In this document: in pieces, positions 1-8,546 of the stretch
Position numbering within the stretch: the stretch's first letter is position 1
Layout of the letters: each line of letters begins with the position of its first letter
Origin: Bacteroidota bacterium
GTDB lineage: Bacteria; Bacteroidota; Bacteroidia; Chitinophagales; Chitinophagaceae
Reading direction: 5' to 3'
Assembly (NCBI GenBank): GCA_031418795.1
Contig: JANOJO010000167.1
Location: forward strand, 1-33,590
DNA: 33,590 bases
The notes under the pieces: generated by a model
Databases searched by the model: none
Told to the model about the DNA's origin: nothing
What the model saw: only the letters and a program-made list of their open reading frames with translations
Program-made: the position numbers and the translations under genes

Positions 1-850
1 CGTTCATCAAAGTTTCAATATCAAATTTTTTCATTTTCATAAATGCCTGCATTACTCTTGGCGCTCTTTCCGGGTCTGTCATCAATTTACTTAAAACGGT
101 TGGAACAATTTGCCAGGAAACTCCAAACTTATCTTTCAGCCAACCACACATACTCTCAGCGCCGCCTTCTGTAAGTTTGTTCCAGTAGTAATCTATCTCT
201 TCCTGTGTTTCGCATTCAACAACAAATGATACAGCTTCATTAAAAGTATATCTATGATCTCCGGGACCATCCATTGCAATAAGACCGTACTTATTAAGAT
301 TAAATTCTGAATACATTATTTTTCCGGCATTGGCATCACCATCCGGATAATGAATCAAAACATCAGTAGCTGAGTTTTTAAATACAGAAGTATAAAATTT
401 TTCCGCTTCTTCTGCTTTGCCAAACTGGTTTTTGGTAAATAACATGGATGGCGTTATTTTTTGTTTGTCGCCTTCTTTATTAACAACAGATACCTGCCAT
501 GTTAATCCAAACTTATCCTGCACCCAGCCATATCTTTCACTCCAGGAATATTTATCAATGGGCATTAATGCTTTTCCGCCATCAATGAGTTTATTCCAAA
601 CTTCATTGGTTTCATTTACTGATTCCAGTAAAACAAAAAATGAAATGGCCGGAGTGAATTTAAACATCGGGCCTCCATTCAATCCCATAAATTTTTTACC
701 GCTTAGTTCAAAAATTACTACCATCGGTGTATCTGTAGTTACTTTAGAGTTTTTCCCAACGGGTCCTGCGGAAAAAATGGAACAGTAAAAATCTGCAGCA
801 GCTTTAGCATTGCCATCAAACCAAAGACAGGGATAAATTTGATTTGCCAT
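1..850 (-). CDS. VOC-superfamily PhnB-like protein (two 3-demethylubiquinone-9 3-methyltransferase-like domains); C-terminus runs off the window
   Basis: Not in the supplied ORF track because it is open at the window edge. Reverse-strand ATG (cat at 848-850) reads MANQIYPCLWFDGNAKAAADFYCSIF...DKFGLTWQVS... and then ...EEIDYYWNKLTEGGAESMCGWLKDKFGVSWQIVP..., open through base 1. The duplicated KFG(L/V)(T/S)WQ motif is typical of this two-domain family. Confidence 0.7.
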   Translation of the reverse strand, partial: MANQIYPCLWFDGNAKAAADFYCSIFSAGPVGKNSKVTTDTPMVVIFELSGKKFMGLNGGPMFKFTPAISFFVLLESVNETNEVWNKLIDGGKALMPIDKYSWSERYGWVQDKFGLTWQVSVVNKEGDKQKITPSMLFTKNQFGKAEEAEKFYTSVFKNSATDVLIHYPDGDANAGKIMYSEFNLNKYGLIAMDGPGDHRYTFNEAVSFVVECETQEEIDYYWNKLTEGGAESMCGWLKDKFGVSWQIVPTVLSKLMTDPERAPRVMQAFMKMKKFDIETLMN

Positions 851-876
851 ATATCAGAATATTATTATTTAAAAAA

Positions 877-1722
877 TTAACTTGCTTCTGTATATTTTTT
901 AAAATTATTTAAAATGGCCTGCCATCCGTTCTGTTGCAGTTCCAGCGAATTCATTTCTTCAGCATCAAATGATTCAACAATTTTGGTTTGATTTCCTTCT
1001 GTTGAAAAAATGATTTTTGCTTTTCTTCCGTCACCCATAGTATAGGCAATCAGTTCATTTGTTTTTACTTCATCATACACGCCGGCGAAATCAAAACTAA
1101 AACTTCCATCTTTTGCCGCCATCGTATAGCTAAATGACCCGCCGGTTTTTAAATCATTGATTGCAGATGGTGTGTGCCAGTCATCCGATGCATTGTTCCA
1201 CTGAATAATGTGTTCAGGACTTGTCCAGTATTTCCAGGCTTTTTCAATTGGTGCTGCCACAATTACTTCTACAGAAATCACAACTGGATTTTCTGCAAGT
1301 TCTTTAACTGCTACAAGCGCTGATGGAAAAACCTTTCTGAAATATTCCTCAAAATCACCGGTTGAATTCAGAAAAACATTTAGAACAGTACTGCCGTTCT
1401 CTTCTTTTAAAGAATAAGTTTCTTTTGCTCCGGCCCATGATTCTGTTTTATCATCTGCTGGTTGTTCTTCAAAATTTTTTATTTCACCCAAATGTGTAAA
1501 TGCCATCAATTCATTTTCTTTACATTCGGAAATGATGCTGAACATGCCATTGCCTTCCGGAGTAAGAAAATGCACTTTACTTCCTTCTTTCCAGTCAGAC
1601 ACTGCGTAAGAGCCTTCATGAAAAACGCTTGTCCATTTACGGTAAGTGGCATCATACCATAATACCTGCCAAATATTTTTTGCTGATGCATTGATGGTGA
1701 TGTTGAATTCTAAATTATTCAT
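877..1722 (-). CDS. SRPBCC/AHSA1-like (Activator of Hsp90 ATPase homolog 1-like) two-domain protein
   Basis: 281-aa ORF. Both halves show the AHSA1/SRPBCC pattern: NITINASAKNIWQVLW...W in the first, and VEVIVAAPIEKAWKYWTSPEHIIQWN...GGSFSYTM...FAGVYDEV...GWQAILNNFKKY in the second. Confidence 0.75.
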   Translation of the reverse strand: MNNLEFNITINASAKNIWQVLWYDATYRKWTSVFHEGSYAVSDWKEGSKVHFLTPEGNGMFSIISECKENELMAFTHLGEIKNFEEQPADDKTESWAGAKETYSLKEENGSTVLNVFLNSTGDFEEYFRKVFPSALVAVKELAENPVVISVEVIVAAPIEKAWKYWTSPEHIIQWNNASDDWHTPSAINDLKTGGSFSYTMAAKDGSFSFDFAGVYDEVKTNELIAYTMGDGRKAKIIFSTEGNQTKIVESFDAEEMNSLELQQNGWQAILNNFKKYTEAS

Positions 1723-1769
1723 GACAATTTTTTAAAGGGACAAAAATACAATTTGACTTTTGTTACTGA

Positions 1770-1794
1770 TAAAAAATCCGGCTTTATGCCGGAT
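1770..1794 (-). terminator. Rho-independent terminator downstream of dxs
   Basis: Minus strand reads ATCCGGC-ATAAA-GCCGGAT (7-bp stem, 1776-1782/1788-1794) followed by a T-run (plus-strand A-run 1771-1775), 27 nt after the dxs stop. Confidence 0.6.
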
Positions 1795-1821
1795 AAAATT
1801 ATTATTATTATGCTGTTGGGT

Positions 1822-3753
1822 TTATTTAAAAACAGATTCGTTTACTATTCTTTTCATCATTTCCAGCACAGTTTCTTTTATCGCCTCCGCATCATACCCA
1901 CATTCTTTATGCAGTTCTTTAGGAGTACCATGCTCTACCAACCTGTCAGGAATACCAAGCATTTTAATTTCAGCTTTGTAATTATGTTCATTCATAAATT
2001 CTAAAACAGCAGAACCAAAACCGCCGACGATTGTTCCGTCTTCAACAGTAATTATTTTTTCAAATTTTGAAAACACTTCATGCAGCATTACCTCATCCAA
2101 TGGTTTTGCAAAACGCATATCATAATGAGCTGGGGTAATGCCATCATTTTTTAAATCCCGGATAGCCGCCGCAGCAAAATTTCCCGGATGGCCTAATGAA
2201 AGTATTGCTATATCATTTCCTTCCCTCAATTTTCTTCCTTTCCCGATTTCAATTTCTTTCATCTCTGTTTTCCATTCAGGCATCACACCCTCGCCTCTTG
2301 GATAGCGGATGGCAAAAGGATTTTTTGTAGAATCTAATTGTGCCGTGTACATCAGGTTGCGCAATTCACTTTCATTCATCGGCGCACTTACTATCATGTT
2401 TGGAATGCAACGCATATACGGAATATCATAACAGCCATGATGTGTAGGGCCATCATCACCAACTAATCCGGCACGGTCCAAACAAAATATCACCGGCAAA
2501 TTTTGAATAGCTACATCATGCACCACCTGGTCGTATGCTCTTTGCATAAATGATGAATAGATATTGCAAAATACTTTCATGCCCTGTGTTGCCATGCCTG
2601 CACTCACAGTTACAGCATGTTGCTCTGCAATGCCAACATCAAATGCCCGGGTCGGCATTTTTTCCATCATATATTTTAAAGATGAACCTGATGGCATGGC
2701 AGGTGTTACACCAAAAATCTTTTCATTCTTTTCTGCAAGTTCAATGATTGTGTGACCAAATACATCCTGGTATTTCGGTGGCTGAGGTAAATCAAATTTC
2801 TTCTTTTGTATTTCACCTGTTATTTTATCAAACAATCCCGGCGAATGCCATTTGGTTTGATCTTTTTCGGCTAAATCATATCCCTTTCCTTTTACAGTTA
2901 CTATGTGCAGCAATTTTGCTCCGGGTATCTCTCTTAAATCTTTTAATGTATCAACTAACTTAGTAATATTATGACCATCAATCGGGCCAAAGTAGCGAAG
3001 GTTTAATGCTTCAAATAAATTACTGCTCTTGCTTACCATTCCTTTCAAGCTTGCTTCTAATTTTGAAGCCATATCTCTTGAAAAATTTTTACCCACCGGT
3101 AATTTGCCAAGCATGTTCCAAAGCTCATCCCGGAGTTTATTGTAAGTGGGTGAGGTAGTAATATCAGTAAGATATTCTTTCAATGCACCAACATTGGGGT
3201 CAATGCTCATACAGTTGTCATTTAACACAATCAATAAATCTGCTTCTGCTACTCCTGCATGATTCATTGCTTCAAATGCAAGTCCGGCTGTCATGGCACC
3301 ATCACCGATTACCGCAGCCACCTTTCTATTTTTCTCACCTTTATATTTTGCAGCCATTGCCATACCAAGCGCTGCAGAAATAGATGTGGAAGAATGGCCA
3401 ACACCAAATGTATCGTATTCACTTTCGCTTCTTTTAGGAAAACCACTAAGTCCTTTATATTTTCTGTTGGTATGAAAACTATCTCTTCTGCCTGAAAGAA
3501 TTTTATGACCATAAGCCTGGTGACCCACATCCCAAACCAATTGATCATACGGAGTGTTGTATATATAATGAAGAGCAACTGTTAATTCCACCACGCCAAG
3601 GCTTGCACCAAAATGCCCGCCATGCACACTTACCACATCAATGATATACTGACGAAGTTCATCACAAACCTGGTGAAGTTTTTCGCGGGGTAATTTTTTT
3701 AAATCGTCTGGTGTATTAATCGTTTGTAAAAGTGAACCGGCTGTCATTTGCAT
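1822..3753 (-). CDS. dxs: 1-deoxy-D-xylulose-5-phosphate synthase
   Basis: 643-aa ORF with a full-length Dxs pattern: GGHFGASLGVVELTVALHY, the DVGHQAY.HK motif, the TPP-binding GDGAMTAG...LNDN, and the transketolase-like pyrimidine and C-terminal domains. Confidence 0.97.
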   Translation of the reverse strand: MQMTAGSLLQTINTPDDLKKLPREKLHQVCDELRQYIIDVVSVHGGHFGASLGVVELTVALHYIYNTPYDQLVWDVGHQAYGHKILSGRRDSFHTNRKYKGLSGFPKRSESEYDTFGVGHSSTSISAALGMAMAAKYKGEKNRKVAAVIGDGAMTAGLAFEAMNHAGVAEADLLIVLNDNCMSIDPNVGALKEYLTDITTSPTYNKLRDELWNMLGKLPVGKNFSRDMASKLEASLKGMVSKSSNLFEALNLRYFGPIDGHNITKLVDTLKDLREIPGAKLLHIVTVKGKGYDLAEKDQTKWHSPGLFDKITGEIQKKKFDLPQPPKYQDVFGHTIIELAEKNEKIFGVTPAMPSGSSLKYMMEKMPTRAFDVGIAEQHAVTVSAGMATQGMKVFCNIYSSFMQRAYDQVVHDVAIQNLPVIFCLDRAGLVGDDGPTHHGCYDIPYMRCIPNMIVSAPMNESELRNLMYTAQLDSTKNPFAIRYPRGEGVMPEWKTEMKEIEIGKGRKLREGNDIAILSLGHPGNFAAAAIRDLKNDGITPAHYDMRFAKPLDEVMLHEVFSKFEKIITVEDGTIVGGFGSAVLEFMNEHNYKAEIKMLGIPDRLVEHGTPKELHKECGYDAEAIKETVLEMMKRIVNESVFK

Positions 3754-3856
3754 GGGAGTGATTTACGGTGTAAAAATAATGTATTATCAGTTGGATAAGA
3801 AAGTCAATATTTCTTGGCCAATTAATAATTGTTTGGTGTGCAACCAAAATATTTTC

Positions 3857-3864
3857 TACATTTG
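3857..3864 (+). promoter_or_regulatory. Candidate Bacteroidota -7 promoter element (TAnnTTTG) for the DUF4160/DUF2442 pair
   Basis: Exact TACATTTG lies 48 nt upstream of ATG 3912, and a TTTG at 3832-3835 sits 21 nt upstream of it (a possible -33 element). The motif is short and expected many times by chance in AT-rich DNA. Confidence 0.3.
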
Positions 3865-3911
3865 CTTGTCAATATCTTACGACTGGCCTACCGTCTCTAA
3901 CTGCTGAGAGA

Positions 3912-4208
3912 ATGCCAAAAATTTATCAATTCATAAACTTTGTTATTTTTTTCTACGCAAATGAACACTTGCCAATACATTGCCACGTTAAAAGAGGCGA
4001 TAGAGAAATTAAAGCCGAGATTGCCTATGTAAATGGCAAACTTGTAGTTAGTTTTAGGAAGATAAAAGGGAAGGACATTCTAACGCAAAGTGAAATAGGC
4101 ACGATTGAAGAATTTATAAAATGGAAGCATTTGCAAATTGTTGAAAAGTGGAAAGCTTTTTTTGTTTTTGGCAAAAAACCTAAATTCGAGAAGATAAATA
4201 AAAAATAA
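3912..4208 (+). CDS. DUF4160 domain protein
   Basis: 98 aa. N-terminal MPKIYQFINFVIFFYANEHLPIHCHVKRGDREIKAEI matches the DUF4160 signature (MPxI..F.g..I.iY.n.EH.PxHxHv). Confidence 0.8.
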   Translation: MPKIYQFINFVIFFYANEHLPIHCHVKRGDREIKAEIAYVNGKLVVSFRKIKGKDILTQSEIGTIEEFIKWKHLQIVEKWKAFFVFGKKPKFEKINKK

Positions 4209-4468
4209 TGCCCCGTACACTAAGTATAGAAGTTAAAAAAGCAACCTATTTAGATGGGTATAAGATTTCTATTTTATTTAATGACGGGAAAAATAAAGTT
4301 GTGGATTTTTCCGACTTCATTTCCCATAATAATAAAGTGGCTTTGGCTAAATATAAAAACTTAACTACATTTAAAAAATTCAAAATAGTAGATGGAAATT
4401 TAGTTTGGGGGAAAGATTGGGATTTAATATTCCCCGTATGGGAACTTTACAGAGGCAAAATTAATTAA
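4208..4468 (+). CDS. DUF2442 domain protein
   Basis: 86 aa. The ATG overlaps the upstream TAA by 1 nt (TAATG). YLDGYKISILFNDGKNKVVDFSDF...FKKFKIVDGNLVWGKDWDL...ELY fits the DUF2442 pattern. Confidence 0.8.
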   Translation: MPRTLSIEVKKATYLDGYKISILFNDGKNKVVDFSDFISHNNKVALAKYKNLTTFKKFKIVDGNLVWGKDWDLIFPVWELYRGKIN

Positions 4469-4469
4469 G

Positions 4470-4494
4470 GCGGCTATTTAAAGCCGCTTTTTTA
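4470..4494 (+). terminator. Rho-independent terminator after the DUF4160/DUF2442 pair
   Basis: GCGGCT (4470-4475) / AGCCGC (4482-4487) stem followed by TTTTTT, starting 2 nt after the stop codon. Confidence 0.7.
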
Positions 4495-4823
4495 TTGCAC
4501 ATGTTATTTTGGGTAGATTCAAGTTGCAAGTGCAACAGTTAATTAATTTGGTTTGTTCACTCAACTTGTGAATATAAAAAATTAGAAATATCACCTGAGG
4601 CCTTAGAAAAAATAAGCTAATCAGGGCAATACTATCCCTTTAATTATCTTCTTGTAATTTTCTATTAACTACTCCAAAGAGTTAGAGTATTTACTGGCTT
4701 GTAAAAGGCAGGTTTGTTTTATTACAAAAATTTGGGATTCAGTCATTCTTTGTCCATTAAATGCCTTTTACCTCACCTATTTGCCATTAATCAAAAGAAA
4801 AAGGTATAGCCTGCAGATTCTTT

Positions 4824-4831
4824 TAATTTTG
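4824..4831 (+). promoter_or_regulatory. Candidate -7 promoter element (TAnnTTTG) for the LytS/LytTR operon
   Basis: Exact TAATTTTG lies 21 nt upstream of ATG 4852. No convincing -33 TTTG was found. Confidence 0.25.
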
Positions 4832-4851
4832 ACATTATATTTATAGCCGCT

Positions 4852-5919
4852 ATGTCAAGTAACTCCAGGTATTGGTTTTTTCAATTAGGTGGATGGGGAT
4901 TGTTCTCCCTCATTCATCTTTTCTTTGCTTTTTCTTTTGATAAACTAAGTACGCCTGACGACCGTGTTATTTTTTTTGGCAGAATGGCCATCTTCGTTTC
5001 CACCGGTGTTGTATTTACCCATTTGATGCGTTATGTAATTATCGGGTTTAATGTTTTACAAAAACGACTCGAAAGACAGTTGTTGCAATTCCTCATCATT
5101 ACGGTACTGTTCGCATTGGGAGCTTCCACATTAGACAATCTTTTGCTTACCAATTTTGATTTGCTGAATAAAACCGAAAGGGAATTCAAAAATAATTTTT
5201 TACTTCTCACCCTGAGTGGCGCATTTTATTTCTTCCTTTACTTTTTTATCTGGAACCTGATTTATTTCATTTATCATTTTGTTACCAAGAGCCAGCGGCA
5301 GCAATTAGATACATTGAAACTTGAATCGTTGGTAAATGAACTTGAACTTAAAACCATCAAAGCACATATCAATCCGCATTTTATTTTTAATTCGCTCAAC
5401 AGCATCCGGGCATTGATTGATGAAAATCCGGGTCGTGCAAGAAACGCTATTACTGAACTCAGCAATATTTTGCGCAGCAGTATGCAAACAGAAAAAATGG
5501 AAGCTGTGCCTTTTGAAAAGGAATTAAATATTGTAAAAGATTACCTGGCGCTGGAAAATATGCGGTTTGAAGACCGGCTTCAGGTGGAATATGAAATAGA
5601 TGAAGACACCTTGGATCAGCCCGTGCCGCCCATGATGCTGCAAACACTGGTGGAAAATGCAATCAAGCACGGCATCAGCAAACAAATAAACGGCGGCAAA
5701 GTAAAAATCGTTTCTGATTTTAAAGATGATTTTCATGAGCTGTCTGTACAAAACACCGGTAAACTAAATGGCGTGGATAAAGAAGGGGGCTTCGGGCTTC
5801 CCAGCACACTCACCAGGCTTAGCCTTTTGTATGGTGAAAAAGCAAGGTTCAATATCAAACAACTTTCACCGGAGGTGGTGGAGGCAAGATTGTTACTTCC
5901 ATTGCAAATGAATTTATAA
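4852..5919 (+). CDS. LytS/YehU-family sensor histidine kinase (multi-TM N-terminus, His_kinase + HATPase_c)
   Basis: 355 aa. Hydrophobic N-terminal half, then the LytS-type H-box ELKTIKAHINPHFIFNSLNSI and ATPase N/G boxes (LVENAIKHG, GGFGL). Confidence 0.9.
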   Translation: MSSNSRYWFFQLGGWGLFSLIHLFFAFSFDKLSTPDDRVIFFGRMAIFVSTGVVFTHLMRYVIIGFNVLQKRLERQLLQFLIITVLFALGASTLDNLLLTNFDLLNKTEREFKNNFLLLTLSGAFYFFLYFFIWNLIYFIYHFVTKSQRQQLDTLKLESLVNELELKTIKAHINPHFIFNSLNSIRALIDENPGRARNAITELSNILRSSMQTEKMEAVPFEKELNIVKDYLALENMRFEDRLQVEYEIDEDTLDQPVPPMMLQTLVENAIKHGISKQINGGKVKIVSDFKDDFHELSVQNTGKLNGVDKEGGFGLPSTLTRLSLLYGEKARFNIKQLSPEVVEARLLLPLQMNL

Positions 5920-5929
5920 ATTATTTTAT

Positions 5930-6658
5930 ATGCGTGCAATAATCATTGACGACGAAAGATTAGCAAGAACTGAATTAAGAAAACTTCTGCAGGATTTTCC
6001 TGAAATAGAAGTGGTGGATGAAGCAGCCAATGCGGATGAAGGCATTTCGAAAATTGATTCACTGCATCCCGACCTTGTTTTTCTTGATATTCAGATGCCG
6101 GGCAAAACAGGGTTTGATATGCTTGGCGAATTAGACAGGACGCCGCATGTTATTTTTACCACGGCTTATGATGAGTATGCACTGAAAGCATTTGAAGTAA
6201 ATGCACTTGATTATTTGTTGAAACCCATTGAACCAAAACGATTGGCCGATGCCGTGCAAAAACTTCATCTGGCTGAAGTAAAAGAAAATAATGGTGCAGT
6301 TGAAAATATAAATCAATCCATGCTTGGCGTAGATGACCAGGTATTTGTAAAAGATGGTGAACGCTGCTGGTTTGTAAAACTGAATGAAATAAGATTGTTT
6401 GAAAGTGTTGGCAATTATGCAAAAGTTTTTTTTAGCGCCAACAAACCATTAATATTAAAATCGCTGAATGCACTGGAAGAAAGATTGGATCAAAAAACAT
6501 TTTTTCGTGCAAATCGCAAGCATATTGTAAACCTTCGGATGATTGATAAAATAGAACCTTACTTCAACGGCGGATTGTTACTTGAATTAAAAGGTGGCGA
6601 AAAAATAGAAGTAAGTCGCAGGCAAACGGTGAAGTTTAAAGAAATGATGAGTTTATAA
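5930..6658 (+). CDS. LytR/AlgR-family response regulator (REC + LytTR DNA-binding domain)
   Basis: 242 aa. Receiver domain MRAIIIDDE...DLVFLDIQMPG...LKP, then a C-terminal LytTR pattern (FFRANRKHIVNL...VSRR). Starts 11 nt after the kinase gene. Confidence 0.93.
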   Translation: MRAIIIDDERLARTELRKLLQDFPEIEVVDEAANADEGISKIDSLHPDLVFLDIQMPGKTGFDMLGELDRTPHVIFTTAYDEYALKAFEVNALDYLLKPIEPKRLADAVQKLHLAEVKENNGAVENINQSMLGVDDQVFVKDGERCWFVKLNEIRLFESVGNYAKVFFSANKPLILKSLNALEERLDQKTFFRANRKHIVNLRMIDKIEPYFNGGLLLELKGGEKIEVSRRQTVKFKEMMSL

Positions 6659-6659
6659 A

Positions 6660-6739
6660 AATTGATAAATGGTTAAATTGTTAAATGGCTATATGGTTAA
6701 CAACTCAGCAATTAAACAATTTATCAATTCAACAATATA
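6660..6739. repeat. 8-nt-periodic AT-rich word array arranged as an imperfect inverted repeat
   Basis: The sequence reads TTGATAAA|TGGTTAAA|TTGTTAAA|TGGCTATA|TGGTTAAC then AATTAAAC|AATTTATC|AATTCAAC|AATATAAC. The second half is roughly the reverse complement of the first (AATTGATAAAT.GTTAAATTG vs CAATTAAACAATTTATCAATT). It lies between the response regulator stop and the M28 peptidase start. Confidence 0.5.
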
Positions 6740-6752
6740 ACATAAAGAACAA

Positions 6753-8036
6753 ATGAAAAGAATTGTACTGTCTGGGTTGTTCATAGTAACAACCTTTTTT
6801 GTTTTTGCACAAAACATTGATGCCATCATTAATGCCAAAGAAGTTGAGCGGATAGAAAAAGTATTGAGTGCAGATGATATGATGGGGCGAAAAACTTTTT
6901 CACCCTATATAGATAAGGCCGCAGATTTTATTGCAGATGAATTTAAAAAAGCAGGATTGCAAACCCTGAATAATAGCAGCAGCTATAAGCAGGACTTTGT
7001 CATGGTTACTCCAAAACTTACAAGTGCTTCCTGCACATTTGATGGTGAAGAAGTGGATGTAAAAAATGTAATAGTAGTTACCTGCCAGTCGGGATTTTTT
7101 ATTAACGAAAAATCCAGCTATGAAAAAATAAAATTAGATGCAGGAAAAAATCTGAATGCCGAGGCTCAAAAATTTGTACGGTCAGGAAAAAACTATTTGG
7201 TGCTGGTGGATACCAGTTATTCAAGAAATTTTAACCGGCTTAATAATATAAAACGACAGTTATTTAAAATAGAAAATAGTGTGGTGTTTGTATTAACCAC
7301 AGCGAATCCTTCAACCTTTATAGTGGAGGCAAGACATGAAATAACCGAACAAAAATTAGCGAACGTAGTTGGTATCTTACCAGGAAAGAGCCAGAAAGAT
7401 GAGTATGTTGTTTTTTCCGCCCACTACGATCATATTGGCGTAGGTAAACCTGTTGATGGCGATTCAATTTATAATGGCGCCAATGATGATGCCGCAGGAA
7501 CAACGGCGGTTATCATGCTTGCAAAATATTTCAAAGCATTAAATAATAATGAAAGAACAATAATCTTCGCTGCATTTACAGCAGAAGAGGTAGGCGGATA
7601 TGGCGCTCAGTATTTTTCCCGGCAATTAAATCCTGATAAGGTAGCGGCCATGTTTAACATTGAAATGATAGGTACTGAAAGTAAGTGGGGAAAAAACTCT
7701 GCATACATAACCGGGTTTGAAAAAACGGATATGGGAAATATTATGCAAAAAAATTTAGAAGGAACCGGCTTTGCTTTTCATCCTGATCCTTATCCTGATC
7801 AAAATTTATTTTACCGATCAGATAATACAACACTGGCAAGACTTGGTGTGCCGGCACATACCATTTCCACTTCTAAAATGGACAACGAACCAAACTACCA
7901 TAAAGTGAGTGATGAAATAGAAACATTAGATATGGAAAATATGGCGATGATAATAAAATCAATTGCACTAAGTTCAAGAAGTATCGTTGCCGGAAAAGAT
8001 TCGCCAAGCAGGGTGAAGGTGGATGAGTTGAGATAA
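6753..8036 (+). CDS. Secreted M28-family metallopeptidase (aminopeptidase)
   Basis: 427 aa. Signal peptide MKRIVLSGLFIVTTFFVFAQ. M28 zinc-ligand pattern: SAHYDHIG, GANDDAAGT, FAAFTAEEVGGYGA, and RSDN..LA..GVPAH. Confidence 0.85.
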   Translation: MKRIVLSGLFIVTTFFVFAQNIDAIINAKEVERIEKVLSADDMMGRKTFSPYIDKAADFIADEFKKAGLQTLNNSSSYKQDFVMVTPKLTSASCTFDGEEVDVKNVIVVTCQSGFFINEKSSYEKIKLDAGKNLNAEAQKFVRSGKNYLVLVDTSYSRNFNRLNNIKRQLFKIENSVVFVLTTANPSTFIVEARHEITEQKLANVVGILPGKSQKDEYVVFSAHYDHIGVGKPVDGDSIYNGANDDAAGTTAVIMLAKYFKALNNNERTIIFAAFTAEEVGGYGAQYFSRQLNPDKVAAMFNIEMIGTESKWGKNSAYITGFEKTDMGNIMQKNLEGTGFAFHPDPYPDQNLFYRSDNTTLARLGVPAHTISTSKMDNEPNYHKVSDEIETLDMENMAMIIKSIALSSRSIVAGKDSPSRVKVDELR

Positions 8037-8087
8037 ATCCAGTTTGTTTTATGGAAATATTTCAACAGGTAATCTCATTATCTGTTT

Positions 8088-8546
8088 ATGAGATATTCAT
8101 TTCTAATAATAATGTTTTTTTGTTCTCTCTCTCCTGTTTTATCACAGTTAAAGAATGACAAAGGAGAGACTAATGATCTTGGGTTTTTTACATGCAGAGT
8201 TTTTGAAAAAGATGCAGAAGTAGATATCAAACATTGGCAAACTCATTTAGATAAATATCTTGAATTGGATTCTTTATCATTGGATACTATTCCTGGAGGT
8301 AGATATAGCATGGAAGCTCTATTTACAATTGATAAGGAAGGCTGCATTACAAATATTAAGATCCTAAACGATCCAGGGTATGGTTTAGGAGATAGGGTTA
8401 TTAGAGTTATATCAGGTTATAATGTAAGTTGGATACCTGCGGAAAGAAATGGTCGGAGGGTAAAAGCTTACCGGAAACAAGCGGTCACATTTATTGTAGA
8501 AAAAGAAGAGTGCGAAGAAAAACAGTTTGCCGAATTTATACTTTAA
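8088..8546 (+). CDS. Small secreted protein with a TonB C-terminal-like domain
   Basis: 152 aa with a signal peptide. IPGGRYSMEALFTIDKEGCITNIKILNDPGYGLGDRVIRVISGY.VSWIPAERNGRRVKAYRKQAVTFIV resembles the TonB_C fold pattern (G.v.v.F.vdkdG.i....v......ld.ea.Rvi....W.PA..nG..V). This is a weak, by-eye call. Confidence 0.5.
   Translation: MRYSFLIIMFFCSLSPVLSQLKNDKGETNDLGFFTCRVFEKDAEVDIKHWQTHLDKYLELDSLSLDTIPGGRYSMEALFTIDKEGCITNIKILNDPGYGLGDRVIRVISGYNVSWIPAERNGRRVKAYRKQAVTFIVEKEECEEKQFAEFIL

Noticed and set aside
417-788. Many 60-130-aa ORFs in the supplied track lie antisense to, or out of frame within, large well-supported genes. Examples are 417..788, 1208..1417, 2550..2963, 3183..3578, 5274..5939, 10793..11315, 12584..12888, 15609..16332, 17080..17964, 18320..19238, 21044..21549, 22595..24774 and 25411..26373.
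   Set aside because: They are shadow ORFs of real genes. They have low-complexity or hydrophobic junk composition and no family resemblance, and each lies fully inside a gene with a strong homology pattern on the other strand or frame.
4495-4851. A hidden gene or ncRNA in the 357-nt gap between the DUF2442 terminator and the histidine kinase.
   Set aside because: There is no open frame of useful length and no strong conserved-looking structure, only a short GTTGCA-AG-TGCAAC palindrome and an imperfect inverted repeat at about 4517-4572. Evidence from sequence alone is insufficient.
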